A stretch of 32,000 nt of DNA from a virus: positions 40,961 through 72,960 of IMG/VR virus record IMGVR_UViG_3300045988_133377; one strand, written 5' to 3'. A program made the position numbers and the translations under genes. Every line of letters starts with the position of its first letter. The first letter of the stretch is position 1. The notes below the pieces were generated by a model. That model saw nothing but the letters and a program-made list of their open reading frames with translations. It had not been told where the DNA came from and made no database searches. Shown here in pieces: positions 15,845-23,632 of the stretch.

Positions 15845-16057
15845 ATGGCAAATGATTTTACAGCAAGGGTAGCAGGTATCAGCGTAGAGATGGGTATGAG
15901 TGTACAGAATAAGAGTGGTATCTGGTGTAAGCCTACAGTAAAGATGGATCTTAAGATTGATGGAGGTACGAACCCTCAGCAGAGAGAGGCTATTATTAAA
16001 CAGGCTTTTGATGAGGTTTGTGATAACATTGAGAAAACCATCTCAGAGATGGAGTAA
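15845..16057 (+). CDS. hypothetical phage protein
   Basis: ORF MANDFTARVAGISVEMGMSVQNKSGIWCKPTVKMDLKI... Confidence 0.55.
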   Translation: MANDFTARVAGISVEMGMSVQNKSGIWCKPTVKMDLKIDGGTNPQQREAIIKQAFDEVCDNIEKTISEME

Positions 16058-16110
16058 TACTTACAGGGGGGGGGAGAGTATCTCTCCTCTCTCCTTAACT
16101 GGAGGTAATT

Positions 16111-16872
16111 ATGGCAAAACAGATAAAAGTAAGAGAGGATAATTACTTTGCTGTACAGGGCTGGATGGTAACAGAGCTAAAACTAAAGGGTAATGCTCTT
16201 ATGCTCTATGCGATCATCTACGGATTTTCTCAGACTACTAACACAGCTTTTACAGGGAGTGTAGACTACCTCTGTGAGTGGCTGGGTGGTGTATCAAGAC
16301 CTACAATAATTAACACTTTAGATAACCTAGTTAAGCAGGGGCTCCTCACTAAGAGCAGTACCACTAAAGGGGCTCTCATTTACAACAGCTATACAGCTTT
16401 AAGACCGAGTAAAAAAATTTTATCCGATGAAGATCCAACGAGTAAAAAAACTTTACCCGATACGAGTAAAAATTTTTTACTCAATAAAGATAGTAAAGAT
16501 AATATAGAAAAATCCATCTCTAAAGAGATGGAGGGCAAAGCCCCTAAAAAGAAATCTTATAGTACTATCTTAGAGGATCCTATTAATAAGTTTGTGAAAG
16601 AGGCTCTTAGTAAATTTATCCAGTATTGTAGGGGTAAAAACTATACTCCTAAAGTAACTATGGTAGAAAAGTTTGCTAGTACTCTTAGAGATAATGCTGG
16701 AGAGGATCCTGTAGTAGCTCTGGCTATTGTGGATCAGAGTATAGATAAGGGATGGAAAGATCTCTATCCACTTAAGAACTATGGTAGACAGGGAAAGCCT
16801 ACAGCGATCAGTAAAAAGTTTAGCGGTAATACCCTTAAAGATGCTGAGGGTAAAGATATTGTGTTTAAGTAA
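16111..16872 (+). CDS. Replication-initiator-like protein with winged-HTH N-terminus
   Basis: TELKLKGNALMLYAIIYGFSQ...FTGSVDYLCEWLGGVSRPTIINTLDNLVKQGLLTK; located upstream of dnaC/dnaB-like genes. Confidence 0.75.
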   Translation: MAKQIKVREDNYFAVQGWMVTELKLKGNALMLYAIIYGFSQTTNTAFTGSVDYLCEWLGGVSRPTIINTLDNLVKQGLLTKSSTTKGALIYNSYTALRPSKKILSDEDPTSKKTLPDTSKNFLLNKDSKDNIEKSISKEMEGKAPKKKSYSTILEDPINKFVKEALSKFIQYCRGKNYTPKVTMVEKFASTLRDNAGEDPVVALAIVDQSIDKGWKDLYPLKNYGRQGKPTAISKKFSGNTLKDAEGKDIVFK

Positions 16873-16876
16873 TCTG

Positions 16877-16908
16877 GAGGAGGGTGTAAAAGCTCTCCTC
16901 TAAATTTT
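16877..16908 (+). terminator. Rho-independent terminator-like hairpin
   Basis: GAGGAGGG-TGTAAAAG-CTCTCCTC (8 bp, one G-T) then TAAATTTTT. Confidence 0.7.
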
Positions 16909-16927
16909 TACCTCTTTTGTGATTAGG
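16899..16927 (+). promoter_or_regulatory. Phage bipartite motif copy C
   Basis: TCTAAA (16899-16904), 14 nt, GTGATTAGG (16919-16927); ATG at 16953. Confidence 0.75.
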
Positions 16928-16952
16928 ATTACTCAAAAGGAGGTAAAAGCGG

Positions 16953-17615
16953 ATGAAATGCTATGCAAGTGATTATTGCCAGAAAGATAAAAGCTCCTGT
17001 AGTGATGTATGCGGAGGCTACAGAGTACTTAGAGCTTTATACAATTTAAGCAGGATCCCAGAGAGATACCGTTATACTATTGCTCTTAAGCCAGAGAATG
17101 GAGAGGATCTGGAGGCGTTTACAACACTGGATAATTATAAAAATGATGTGCTCAGTATGGTAGACGAGGGCAGAGGCTTATATATCTGGGGAAAGAGTAC
17201 AGGGAATGGTAAAACCTCATGGGCTTGTAAGATTATGAGTTACTTTTTCAGAAAGATAGCTTTTAATACAGGGCTGGAAAATGAGGGGCTATATATTTTT
17301 CTCCCCACTTTCTTAGAAGATCTCAGAGATAATTATGATAACAAAGATCCAGAGTTTGATGAGATCTTAAGAATGATAAAAACCTGTAGGCTCCTCATCA
17401 TAGACGATATAGGAGCAGAGAGGGTAACGGACTGGGTAAGGGAGAGGATGGTAAGCATCATAAATACCAGAGTATCTAATAACCTTACTACGATCTATAC
17501 CAGTAACCTCTCTCCAGAGGAGCTTAGGAGTGAGTTAGGGGATCGGATAGCCAGTAGAGTATTAGGATCCTCACAGGTAGTAGAAATTACAAGCGGAGAT
17601 AGGAGGGGATTATAA
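16953..17615 (+). CDS. DnaC-like helicase loader ATPase
   Basis: Walker A WGKSTGNGKTSWACKI, Walker B CRLLIIDDIGAERV, sensor TIYTSNLSPEEL; Cys-rich N-terminus. Confidence 0.88.
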   Translation: MKCYASDYCQKDKSSCSDVCGGYRVLRALYNLSRIPERYRYTIALKPENGEDLEAFTTLDNYKNDVLSMVDEGRGLYIWGKSTGNGKTSWACKIMSYFFRKIAFNTGLENEGLYIFLPTFLEDLRDNYDNKDPEFDEILRMIKTCRLLIIDDIGAERVTDWVRERMVSIINTRVSNNLTTIYTSNLSPEELRSELGDRIASRVLGSSQVVEITSGDRRGL

Positions 17616-18962
17616 ATGGCTAATATGATTGAGCAGAGCTTACTCTGTAAGGTATTAGATGCTCCAGATCTGGAGATCCTCCACTCTAACGGAGTAGTAG
17701 AGGAGATGTTTCTTACCTGTAAGGATGAGATCCATTTTATCGTAGAGCATTACAACAGCTATAAGCAGATGCCAGATAAACTAACCTTTTTAGGCAGGTT
17801 CAAAGATTTTCAAATGTTGGAGGTAACGGAGAGCACAGATTACTTAGTATATAAGCTCAAAGAGGCTTACACATATACTAAGCTGGTGCCTCTGATTGAG
17901 GATACAGCAAAGGTAGTAAAAGAGGATAGTATTAAGGCTATCCAGTACCTCAAAGAGGAGATAGAAAAGCTGGAGAAATCCGTACCAGTGAGCAGGAATA
18001 AAGATGGCTATGATATTATCTCTAACGCTGGAGATCGCCTTACAGAGTATAAAAAGCGTTGTGAGGTAAAGGGGCTTATAGGTATTCCTACAGGTATCCC
18101 TAAGCTGGATGAGATTACTAATGGCTGGCTCTGGGGAGAGGATCTGGTAGTACTCACAGGGCGTACTAACGTAGGTAAAACATGGATCGGAGAGTACTTT
18201 GCTACTATGGCGTGGAACATGGGTTATAAGATCCTTATGTACTCTGGAGAGATGAGTACCGCTATGGTTGGTTTTCGTTTTGATACTCTCAATAAGCACT
18301 TTAGCAATATGGGGCTCCTTAATGGATCTGGTACTCTGGGAAAGAAACCAGATACAGACGGAGCAAAGTACTTACAGGAGGATTATGAGAAGTACATAAC
18401 ACAGCTCCAGCAAAAGAGCGGATTTATCGTAGTTACTCCAGATGATTTTGAGGGGCGTAAGCCTAATGTAGATGAGATCAAGAGCTTAGCTATTAAGCAT
18501 GGGGCGGATATGATTGTAATAGATCAGCTTTCTCTTATGAGTGATAAGCGTAGGGCGGATATACCTAGAATAGCTTATAACAATATCTCAGAGGATCTCT
18601 TTTTGATGAGTAAGGAGCTTAAAAAGCCTGTACTTCTTATGGCACAGGCTAACCGTGAGGCAGTTAAGAACCGTAAAAAAGGAGAGAGCCCAGAGCTCCA
18701 CGATTTGGCAGAGAGTGACGGTGTAGGACAGAACGCCACAAGAGTATTATCTCTATCCGTGATAGATGGCACTCTTAAGATCAGTGTTAAGAAAAACAGA
18801 TATGGTATCAATAACAAAGAGGTGCTTATGATCTGGGAAGTAAACACAGGATACCTTAAGCCTCTCCTTAGCGAAAATCCAGAGGAGAGCACAGAGGATA
18901 AAAAGGATGATAAACCAGATGGAGAAAAGGATAAAGGAGGAGAGAAAGATTATGGTTTCTAA
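17616..18962 (+). CDS. DnaB-like replicative helicase
   Basis: DELVVLTGRTNVGKTWIGEYFA-type RecA fold (LWGEDLVVLTGRTNVGKTW), MIVIDQLSLMSD, KKPVLLMAQANREA...ESDGVGQNA; DnaB order of motifs. Confidence 0.92.
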   Translation: MANMIEQSLLCKVLDAPDLEILHSNGVVEEMFLTCKDEIHFIVEHYNSYKQMPDKLTFLGRFKDFQMLEVTESTDYLVYKLKEAYTYTKLVPLIEDTAKVVKEDSIKAIQYLKEEIEKLEKSVPVSRNKDGYDIISNAGDRLTEYKKRCEVKGLIGIPTGIPKLDEITNGWLWGEDLVVLTGRTNVGKTWIGEYFATMAWNMGYKILMYSGEMSTAMVGFRFDTLNKHFSNMGLLNGSGTLGKKPDTDGAKYLQEDYEKYITQLQQKSGFIVVTPDDFEGRKPNVDEIKSLAIKHGADMIVIDQLSLMSDKRRADIPRIAYNNISEDLFLMSKELKKPVLLMAQANREAVKNRKKGESPELHDLAESDGVGQNATRVLSLSVIDGTLKISVKKNRYGINNKEVLMIWEVNTGYLKPLLSENPEESTEDKKDDKPDGEKDKGGEKDYGF

Positions 18963-19173
18963 AGGCGGAGTACCTAAGGGGAGGATCATCCCTGTATATC
19001 TTACAGATGAGGGAGATGTGTACCCTATTTATTTACATGAGATGGGAGAGTTAGAGATTATACAGAGGCTTGTAGCAGGTATCTTAGATAATAAAATTGT
19101 GGTGGATACTAATACCAGAATTAACTCAGAGAATGATAAAATCTCTATTTTTGATTTAAGTAAGAAAAAATAA
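18952..19173 (+). CDS. hypothetical phage protein
   Basis: MVSKGGVPKGRIIPVYLTDEGDVYPIYLHEMGELEI...; start corrected, overlaps the end of the DnaB-like ORF. Confidence 0.6.
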   Translation: MVSKGGVPKGRIIPVYLTDEGDVYPIYLHEMGELEIIQRLVAGILDNKIVVDTNTRINSENDKISIFDLSKKK

Positions 19174-19183
19174 TAAAAATTTC

Positions 19184-19212
19184 TCTAAATGTTACCTCTT
19201 TTTCTGATTAGG
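19184..19212 (+). promoter_or_regulatory. Phage bipartite motif copy D
   Basis: TCTAAA (19184-19189), 14 nt, CTGATTAGG (19204-19212); ATG at 19246. Confidence 0.75.
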
Positions 19213-19245
19213 TTAAGTAAATCGGAAAAGGAGGTACTTTTTTAT

Positions 19246-19713
19246 ATGACGATTACAAGTAAGGAAGTAGCGGAGATGCTGGGAAAGAGGCACGATAACC
19301 TTTTGAGAGCGATCCGCAAATATATTACACAGTTAGGAGATGAGGCTCCTAAGTATTTCTCAGAGGATCCAGATAAGGGCAGTAGATTGTACCACATTAC
19401 TAAGGCTGGCTGTGATCTTATGGCAGGGCGTATTATCGGAGCTCAGAGTGAGGCTTTTAAGACTAAGTATGCTCCAGTGTTTGGAGAGGAGGCTCCTGTA
19501 GAGGTGGTAGAGGAAAAGCAGGAGGAGCCACAGGAGAAAGCCTACACAGTAGAGGAGGTAGCTCAGATCTTAGGCTGTAGTGAGAGAAATGTTTATAGAA
19601 ATATCCAGAGCGGAAAGCTGGAGGCGGTAGAGCGTGAGGTAATGATCCCTACTCTTAAGAAGTTTGTAACGGAGGAGGCTCTGGAAAAATATAAAGCAGG
19701 GAGGGCTAGTTAA
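19246..19713 (+). CDS. Rha-family phage regulatory protein with C-terminal MerR/excisionase-like HTH
   Basis: MTITSKEVAEMLGKRHDNLLRAIRKYI...YHITKAGCDLMAGRI followed by YTVEEVAQILGCSERNVYRNIQSGKLEAV; start corrected from 19189. Confidence 0.85.
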   Translation: MTITSKEVAEMLGKRHDNLLRAIRKYITQLGDEAPKYFSEDPDKGSRLYHITKAGCDLMAGRIIGAQSEAFKTKYAPVFGEEAPVEVVEEKQEEPQEKAYTVEEVAQILGCSERNVYRNIQSGKLEAVEREVMIPTLKKFVTEEALEKYKAGRAS

Positions 19714-19976
19714 TGAACTACTTTGAAATGAAATGGAGGCTCTCCGCTTGCAGAATACAAGCAGGATACTCACAGGCAGAGGTAGCTCAGATCTTAGGCT
19801 GTAGTGATAAGACTATTGTTAGCTGGGAAACAGGTAAGACAGCTCCTAAGATGGAGAAAGCACAGGAGCTTAGTGATCTGTACGGTATCCCTCTGGCTTA
19901 TATGGATTTTTCAAAGGCTGGAAACTCTACACCTCTTAGAGAGCGTGAGAGTGAGCCACAGATCCCAGCTTTTTAA
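19713..19976 (+). CDS. XRE-family HTH regulator
   Basis: CRIQAGYSQAEVAQILGCSDKTIVSWETGKTAPKMEKAQELSDLYGI; start overlaps the upstream TAATG. Confidence 0.85.
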   Translation: MNYFEMKWRLSACRIQAGYSQAEVAQILGCSDKTIVSWETGKTAPKMEKAQELSDLYGIPLAYMDFSKAGNSTPLRERESEPQIPAF

Positions 19977-19983
19977 CAAATAT

Positions 19984-20052
19984 TACCAGTAGCTTTAGGA
20001 AAATACTGGTAGCAGAATAAAAAGAAAGAGCCAGCCTATATAAGACTGGCTC
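19984..20052. terminator. Paired hairpins between convergent genes
   Basis: TACCAGTA/TACTGGTA (19984-19991/20004-20011) and GAGCCAG/CTGGCTC (20028-20034/20046-20052). The second is followed on the minus strand by a T-rich tail. Confidence 0.7.
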
Positions 20053-20061
20053 CCCAGAGGA

Positions 20062-20412
20062 TTACTCCTCTGTGTGTTGGAGTTTGTAGATCCTAAGAGC
20101 TACATCCCTCACTAAGAGCTTATCCTCAGTAGATAACTCAGAAAAAATATCTGTGAGCTCTGTAAGTAGCGGATCTGGAGTAGAAGTGTTAGCGGTAAAA
20201 TCGAAAAACTCACTAACAGGGGCTCCTAAGTATGTAGCTAGGTTTTGGAGCCTATCCATGTCTGGTAAGTGTTTACCATTACTCCAAGAGGAGAAAGTAG
20301 TAGGTGGTATCCCAATACCATCCGCTACCTCTTTCTTACTCTTTCCAGATAGTGCTAAGTAGTAACTCAGAGCTTTTACAAAGTTATCCGTGAGAGAGGA
20401 ATTGTTAGCCAT
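20062..20412 (-). CDS. CI-like XRE-family repressor
   Basis: MANNSSLTDNFVKALSYYLALSGKSKKEVADGIGIPPTTFSSWSNGKHLPDMDRLQNLATYLG; start chosen after GGGGAGGTG on the minus strand. Confidence 0.85.
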   Translation of the reverse strand: MANNSSLTDNFVKALSYYLALSGKSKKEVADGIGIPPTTFSSWSNGKHLPDMDRLQNLATYLGAPVSEFFDFTANTSTPDPLLTELTDIFSELSTEDKLLVRDVALRIYKLQHTEE

Positions 20413-20452
20413 TGTATCACCTCCTCTCTTTGAGGGATGATTAAATAATACA

Positions 20453-20617
20453 CCTAAACAGTAGAAAAGTAAAGCAAAACATACAAAAACTACTGTTAAA
20501 CAGAATTTTTTATTGACAAGTGGTAAATACTCCATTATACTACTAAACAGTAGGAGAAAGCTACTAAAGCTCATCTCCCTATATTTTTTTACCTATCCAC
20601 TACTGTTTAACAGTAGT
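20453..20617. promoter_or_regulatory. Phage lysis-lysogeny switch: four CTACTGTT/AACAGTAG-related operators around a rightward promoter
   Basis: CCTAAACAGTAG 20453-20464; CTACTGTTAAACAG 20490-20503; CTACTAAACAGTAG 20540-20553; ACTACTGTTTAACAGTAGT 20599-20617. Promoter TTGACA (20513-20518), 17 nt, TATACT (20536-20541). Confidence 0.8.
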
Positions 20618-20657
20618 TTTAGGAATATATTTTAATTTTTAAAGGAGGTACAAGCTA

Positions 20658-21044
20658 ATGAATTTAGCGGAGTTAAAGGAGGCTTATAAAGCCAGAAAGT
20701 TAGCCTTAGACAGTGCAAAGAAAGAGGAGGAGAAATACAAGGCACTCCTTAAGGATGCGATGTTAGAGGCTGGAGAAAGTGATTACACGGATGAGGCTGG
20801 ATACCGCTTTGAGCGAATTGTGCAGGAGCGTAAGAGCATGGATGAGGAAAAGCTCTTAGCAGAACTCCATGAGAGAAACCTTACTAGCTGTATCGCAACT
20901 AAGGAGGTTGTAGATGAGGATGCAACTCTTAAGGCGGTAGAGGCTGGAGAGTTGCCACAGGAAGTATTAGCAGATGCCTTAAAGGTAACAGAGGTAGTAA
21001 TGCTTAAGCTCACAGCTCCTAAAAAGGCAAAGGCTAAAAAGTGA
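20658..21044 (+). CDS. hypothetical phage protein (coiled-coil-like)
   Basis: ORF with AAAGGAGGT RBS; C-terminal APKKAKAKK tail. Confidence 0.65.
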   Translation: MNLAELKEAYKARKLALDSAKKEEEKYKALLKDAMLEAGESDYTDEAGYRFERIVQERKSMDEEKLLAELHERNLTSCIATKEVVDEDATLKAVEAGELPQEVLADALKVTEVVMLKLTAPKKAKAKK

Positions 21045-22066
21045 TAACGATCTGGAAAACTCCAATAGTAGCCACAGTAGAGCAGGTACTTAAGGATCTT
21101 AAGCTCCAGCTCTACGGAGCAGGGCTACTTAAGGAGATTAAAAACACAGGATCGGATCTTATGTGTACTTGCCCTTTTCACGCAAACGGTAAGGAGCATA
21201 ACCCATCTTGCGGAGTGCTCCTACAGCAAAAGGTAACAAAGGATAAGACCTATGAGGCTGGTACGGTGCATTGCTACACCTGTGGATACACAGCGGATCT
21301 ACCTCAGTTTGTAGCGGATCTGTTAGGGCTGAGTAGCCCAGTAGAGGGCTTTAAGTGGCTGGTAAATCAGTACAACTACCAGACGGAGGAGAGGGAGCTC
21401 CCAGATCTGGATATGTACAGAGGCTCTACAGCTAAATCCTCAGTATTGGAGGAGAGCTTAGTTAAGCAGTACACACAGAACCTCTTACAGAGTGAGGAGG
21501 CGTGTAGGTACCTACATAAAAGGCGGATAGCTAACTGGGTGCTAGAGGCTTATGAGCTGGGGTTTGATCCAGAGGATAAAACAGTGCTTTTCCCTGTAAG
21601 GGGTATGGATGGAAAAGTGATCTTTTACAAGGGCAGGAGCATAGCTGGAAAGCATTTTTATAACGCAAAAGAGGTAGATAAAACCTCCGTAGTGTTTGGG
21701 CTCTGGGAGATCCTAAACGGATCTTTTAGCTGGGGTACATCGGATCAGATAGAGGAGGTTTGGATTACAGAGAGTGAGATAGATGCTCTCAGCCTTATCT
21801 CTTATGGAGTACCAGCGGTAGCCATTATGGGATCACATATCTCAGAGGATCAGTGTAAAGAGCTGGAGCGTACACCTTTTAGGCGGTTTGTACTTGCCAC
21901 AGATAACGATGATGCAGGGAGAAAAGGAGCCTCCCAGATCAAGAGGTTACTGATACCTAAAGGTTTTCGGTTTATCAACCTCAAATGGCATACGAGCCTA
22001 AAGGATATTAACGATCTTGTTAAAGAGTACGGAGATGGCTGGAAAGACCATCTCACAGGATATTAA
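21041..22066 (+). CDS. DnaG-like primase (CHC2 zinc finger + Toprim)
   Basis: CTCPFHANGKEHNPSCGVLL...GTVHCYTCGYTADLPQFVADLLG and Toprim VWITESEIDALSLISYGVPAVAIMG...VLATDNDDAGRKG. Confidence 0.9.
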   Translation: MITIWKTPIVATVEQVLKDLKLQLYGAGLLKEIKNTGSDLMCTCPFHANGKEHNPSCGVLLQQKVTKDKTYEAGTVHCYTCGYTADLPQFVADLLGLSSPVEGFKWLVNQYNYQTEERELPDLDMYRGSTAKSSVLEESLVKQYTQNLLQSEEACRYLHKRRIANWVLEAYELGFDPEDKTVLFPVRGMDGKVIFYKGRSIAGKHFYNAKEVDKTSVVFGLWEILNGSFSWGTSDQIEEVWITESEIDALSLISYGVPAVAIMGSHISEDQCKELERTPFRRFVLATDNDDAGRKGASQIKRLLIPKGFRFINLKWHTSLKDINDLVKEYGDGWKDHLTGY

Positions 22067-22080
22067 AGGAGGAAAACAGG

Positions 22081-22689
22081 ATGAGTAAAGGATTTATTAC
22101 AGGAACAAATGAGGAACTTATTAAAGCGTACAAAGAGAGTAGAGATGAGAGCTATCTTAAAGAGCTTATTGAGGCTAACAAGGGGCTTATTAACCTTTTA
22201 GTATCCCCATATTTAACCTCTATCCCTAATTCTGAGTTAGAGGATCTTACAAGTGAGAGCTATATACCGATGCTCAGAGCTATAGAGGATTACGATCCAG
22301 AGCAGGGAGTAGCTTTTTCTACTCTCCTTAAAGTTTATGTACGCCAGCACCTTAACCGTTTATACAACGAGGCTACACGCCAGAAAAGATTTACAGGTAC
22401 CACTCCAGATAGCTTAGATCGGTTATCTGAGATCAATAAAGAGGGCGGTACAGAAACCGATAGCACCTTTGAGGTAGAGTGTAAGGATTTTAGCTCTGTA
22501 GAGTTTATGGATCTCTTAGATAGCTTACAGCTCAATGATAAGGAGCAGGTAGCGGTAAATATTCTCATGGCTGGAGGAGCTAAGGGGGAGATTGCTAAGG
22601 CTCTCAATATTACTAATGCTACCGTAAGCTGGCATATCAAGAACCTCAAAAAGAAATTTATTTTAGCTGGTTATCAATATGCTGTCTAA
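22081..22689 (+). CDS. Phage-encoded sigma-70-family factor
   Basis: Region-2-like IEANKGLINLLVSPYLTSIPNSELEDLTSESYIPMLRAIEDYDPEQGVAFSTLLKVYVRQHLNR and region-4-like LNDKEQVAVNILMAGGAKGEIAKALNITNATVSWHIKNLKKKF. Confidence 0.88.
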   Translation: MSKGFITGTNEELIKAYKESRDESYLKELIEANKGLINLLVSPYLTSIPNSELEDLTSESYIPMLRAIEDYDPEQGVAFSTLLKVYVRQHLNRLYNEATRQKRFTGTTPDSLDRLSEINKEGGTETDSTFEVECKDFSSVEFMDLLDSLQLNDKEQVAVNILMAGGAKGEIAKALNITNATVSWHIKNLKKKFILAGYQYAV

Positions 22690-22713
22690 ATAATCTGGGT
22701 GGATGTGATTAAG
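22685..22713 (+). promoter_or_regulatory. Phage bipartite motif copy E
   Basis: TCTAAA (22685-22690), 14 nt, GTGATTAAG (22705-22713); ATG at 22747. Lies at the 3' end of the sigma gene. Confidence 0.7.
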
Positions 22714-22746
22714 TTATTTATCACGAAAAGCAAGGAGGTAAGCGGT

Positions 22747-22905
22747 ATGAGTAGTTTAAGAACCCTGTTAGCCATCTTAAAAGGAGAGGCTGTAGTGCTT
22801 ACTAAAAAGAGTGAGCATAAGGCGGATGTGCTGGTAGGAAAGAATGTGGATAAGCGTTTTGCTATCAACAGCATGGTAGGAGCTGTAAAGGCTTTGATGC
22901 TGTAG
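22747..22905 (+). CDS. small hypothetical phage protein
   Basis: MSSLRTLLAILKGEAVVLTKKSEHKADVLVGKNVDKRF...; start corrected to the ATG after GGAGGT. Confidence 0.55.
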   Translation: MSSLRTLLAILKGEAVVLTKKSEHKADVLVGKNVDKRFAINSMVGAVKALML

Positions 22906-22946
22906 AAATAAAAAAAATAATTAAGGAAAAACAGGAGGATACAGAA

Positions 22947-23579
22947 ATGGGATTACAGGATCTTATTAACAAGTATGACAATGGAGGATTTTCTAAAACA
23001 GGCTGGTTTCAGTTAAAGGATGATGGAGATACAGCTACGGTAAGATTACTCCACAAAGGAGAGGTAGGAGTAAAGGATGGAGAAACAGATTATGATTTTC
23101 CCATCTACGAGGTACACAAATTAGATGTAGACGGTAGCGGTAGAGATCGTACTTGCCTCTGTAAGGGAGAGAGCTGTGAGTTTTGTAAGAGCGGTAACAA
23201 GCCTCAGTTAAGAATGTTCTTACAGATGATTAACAAGGATGAGAAAGATAAGGATAAGCAGGTACAGCTCTGGGAGAGAGGCTTAACAGATATTAAGAAC
23301 CTTATCGGCTTAGCTGGAGAGTACGGAGATCTCACTAAGAGAGATATTAAGATTAAGAGATCTGGAGCAAAGGGTAGCCTTAAGACTACATACCAGTATT
23401 TCCCTAAGGATCCTAGTGAGATGGAGATCCCAGAGCCTCAGAACTTAGTAGGCTCACTTATCTTAGATCTGGATTGTGAGGATCAGATTAAGGCTATCGA
23501 GGGTAGATTACAGCTTAACAAGGGTAACAATAACGATAGTAACAACGACAGCGGAGCAGGAGCTACAAGAGTATTTTAA
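22947..23579 (+). CDS. Single-stranded-DNA-binding-like protein
   Basis: GWFQLKDDGDTATVRLL...CLCKGESCEFCKSGNKPQLRMFLQMIN...DLKKRDIKIKR-like architecture with a low-complexity Asn/Asp tail, in a replication cluster. Confidence 0.65.
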   Translation: MGLQDLINKYDNGGFSKTGWFQLKDDGDTATVRLLHKGEVGVKDGETDYDFPIYEVHKLDVDGSGRDRTCLCKGESCEFCKSGNKPQLRMFLQMINKDEKDKDKQVQLWERGLTDIKNLIGLAGEYGDLTKRDIKIKRSGAKGSLKTTYQYFPKDPSEMEIPEPQNLVGSLILDLDCEDQIKAIEGRLQLNKGNNNDSNNDSGAGATRVF

Positions 23580-23585
23580 GGCAGG

Positions 23586-23614
23586 GAGGGAGGCTAAAAA
23601 CCTCCCTCTTTTAT
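23586..23614 (+). terminator. Terminator-like hairpin
   Basis: GAGGGAGG-CTAAAAA-CCTCCCTC followed by TTTTATT. Confidence 0.75.
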
Positions 23615-23632
23615 TAAACAGGAGGATACAGG

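Noticed and set aside
16065-16091. G-rich tract before 16111 as a G-quadruplex
   Set aside because: Single uninterrupted G run rather than four G-tracts; more consistent with a weak GGAGAG/CTCTCC hairpin or homopolymer uncertainty.
17844-18989. Minus-strand ORFs within the DnaB-like gene
   Set aside because: Antisense shadows of a strongly supported helicase gene.
19804-19992. ORF MIRLLLAGKQVRQLL...
   Set aside because: Alternative frame of the well-supported XRE gene 19713-19976.
20413-20574. N-terminal extension of the CI-like repressor ORF
   Set aside because: Hydrophobic extension runs through the operator/promoter region; the internal ATG at 20412 has a strong RBS.
20980-20995. Possible spacer target in the phage block (AAGGTAACAG shared with the spacer reverse complement)
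   Set aside because: Only 10 nt match; flanking bases do not continue the match.
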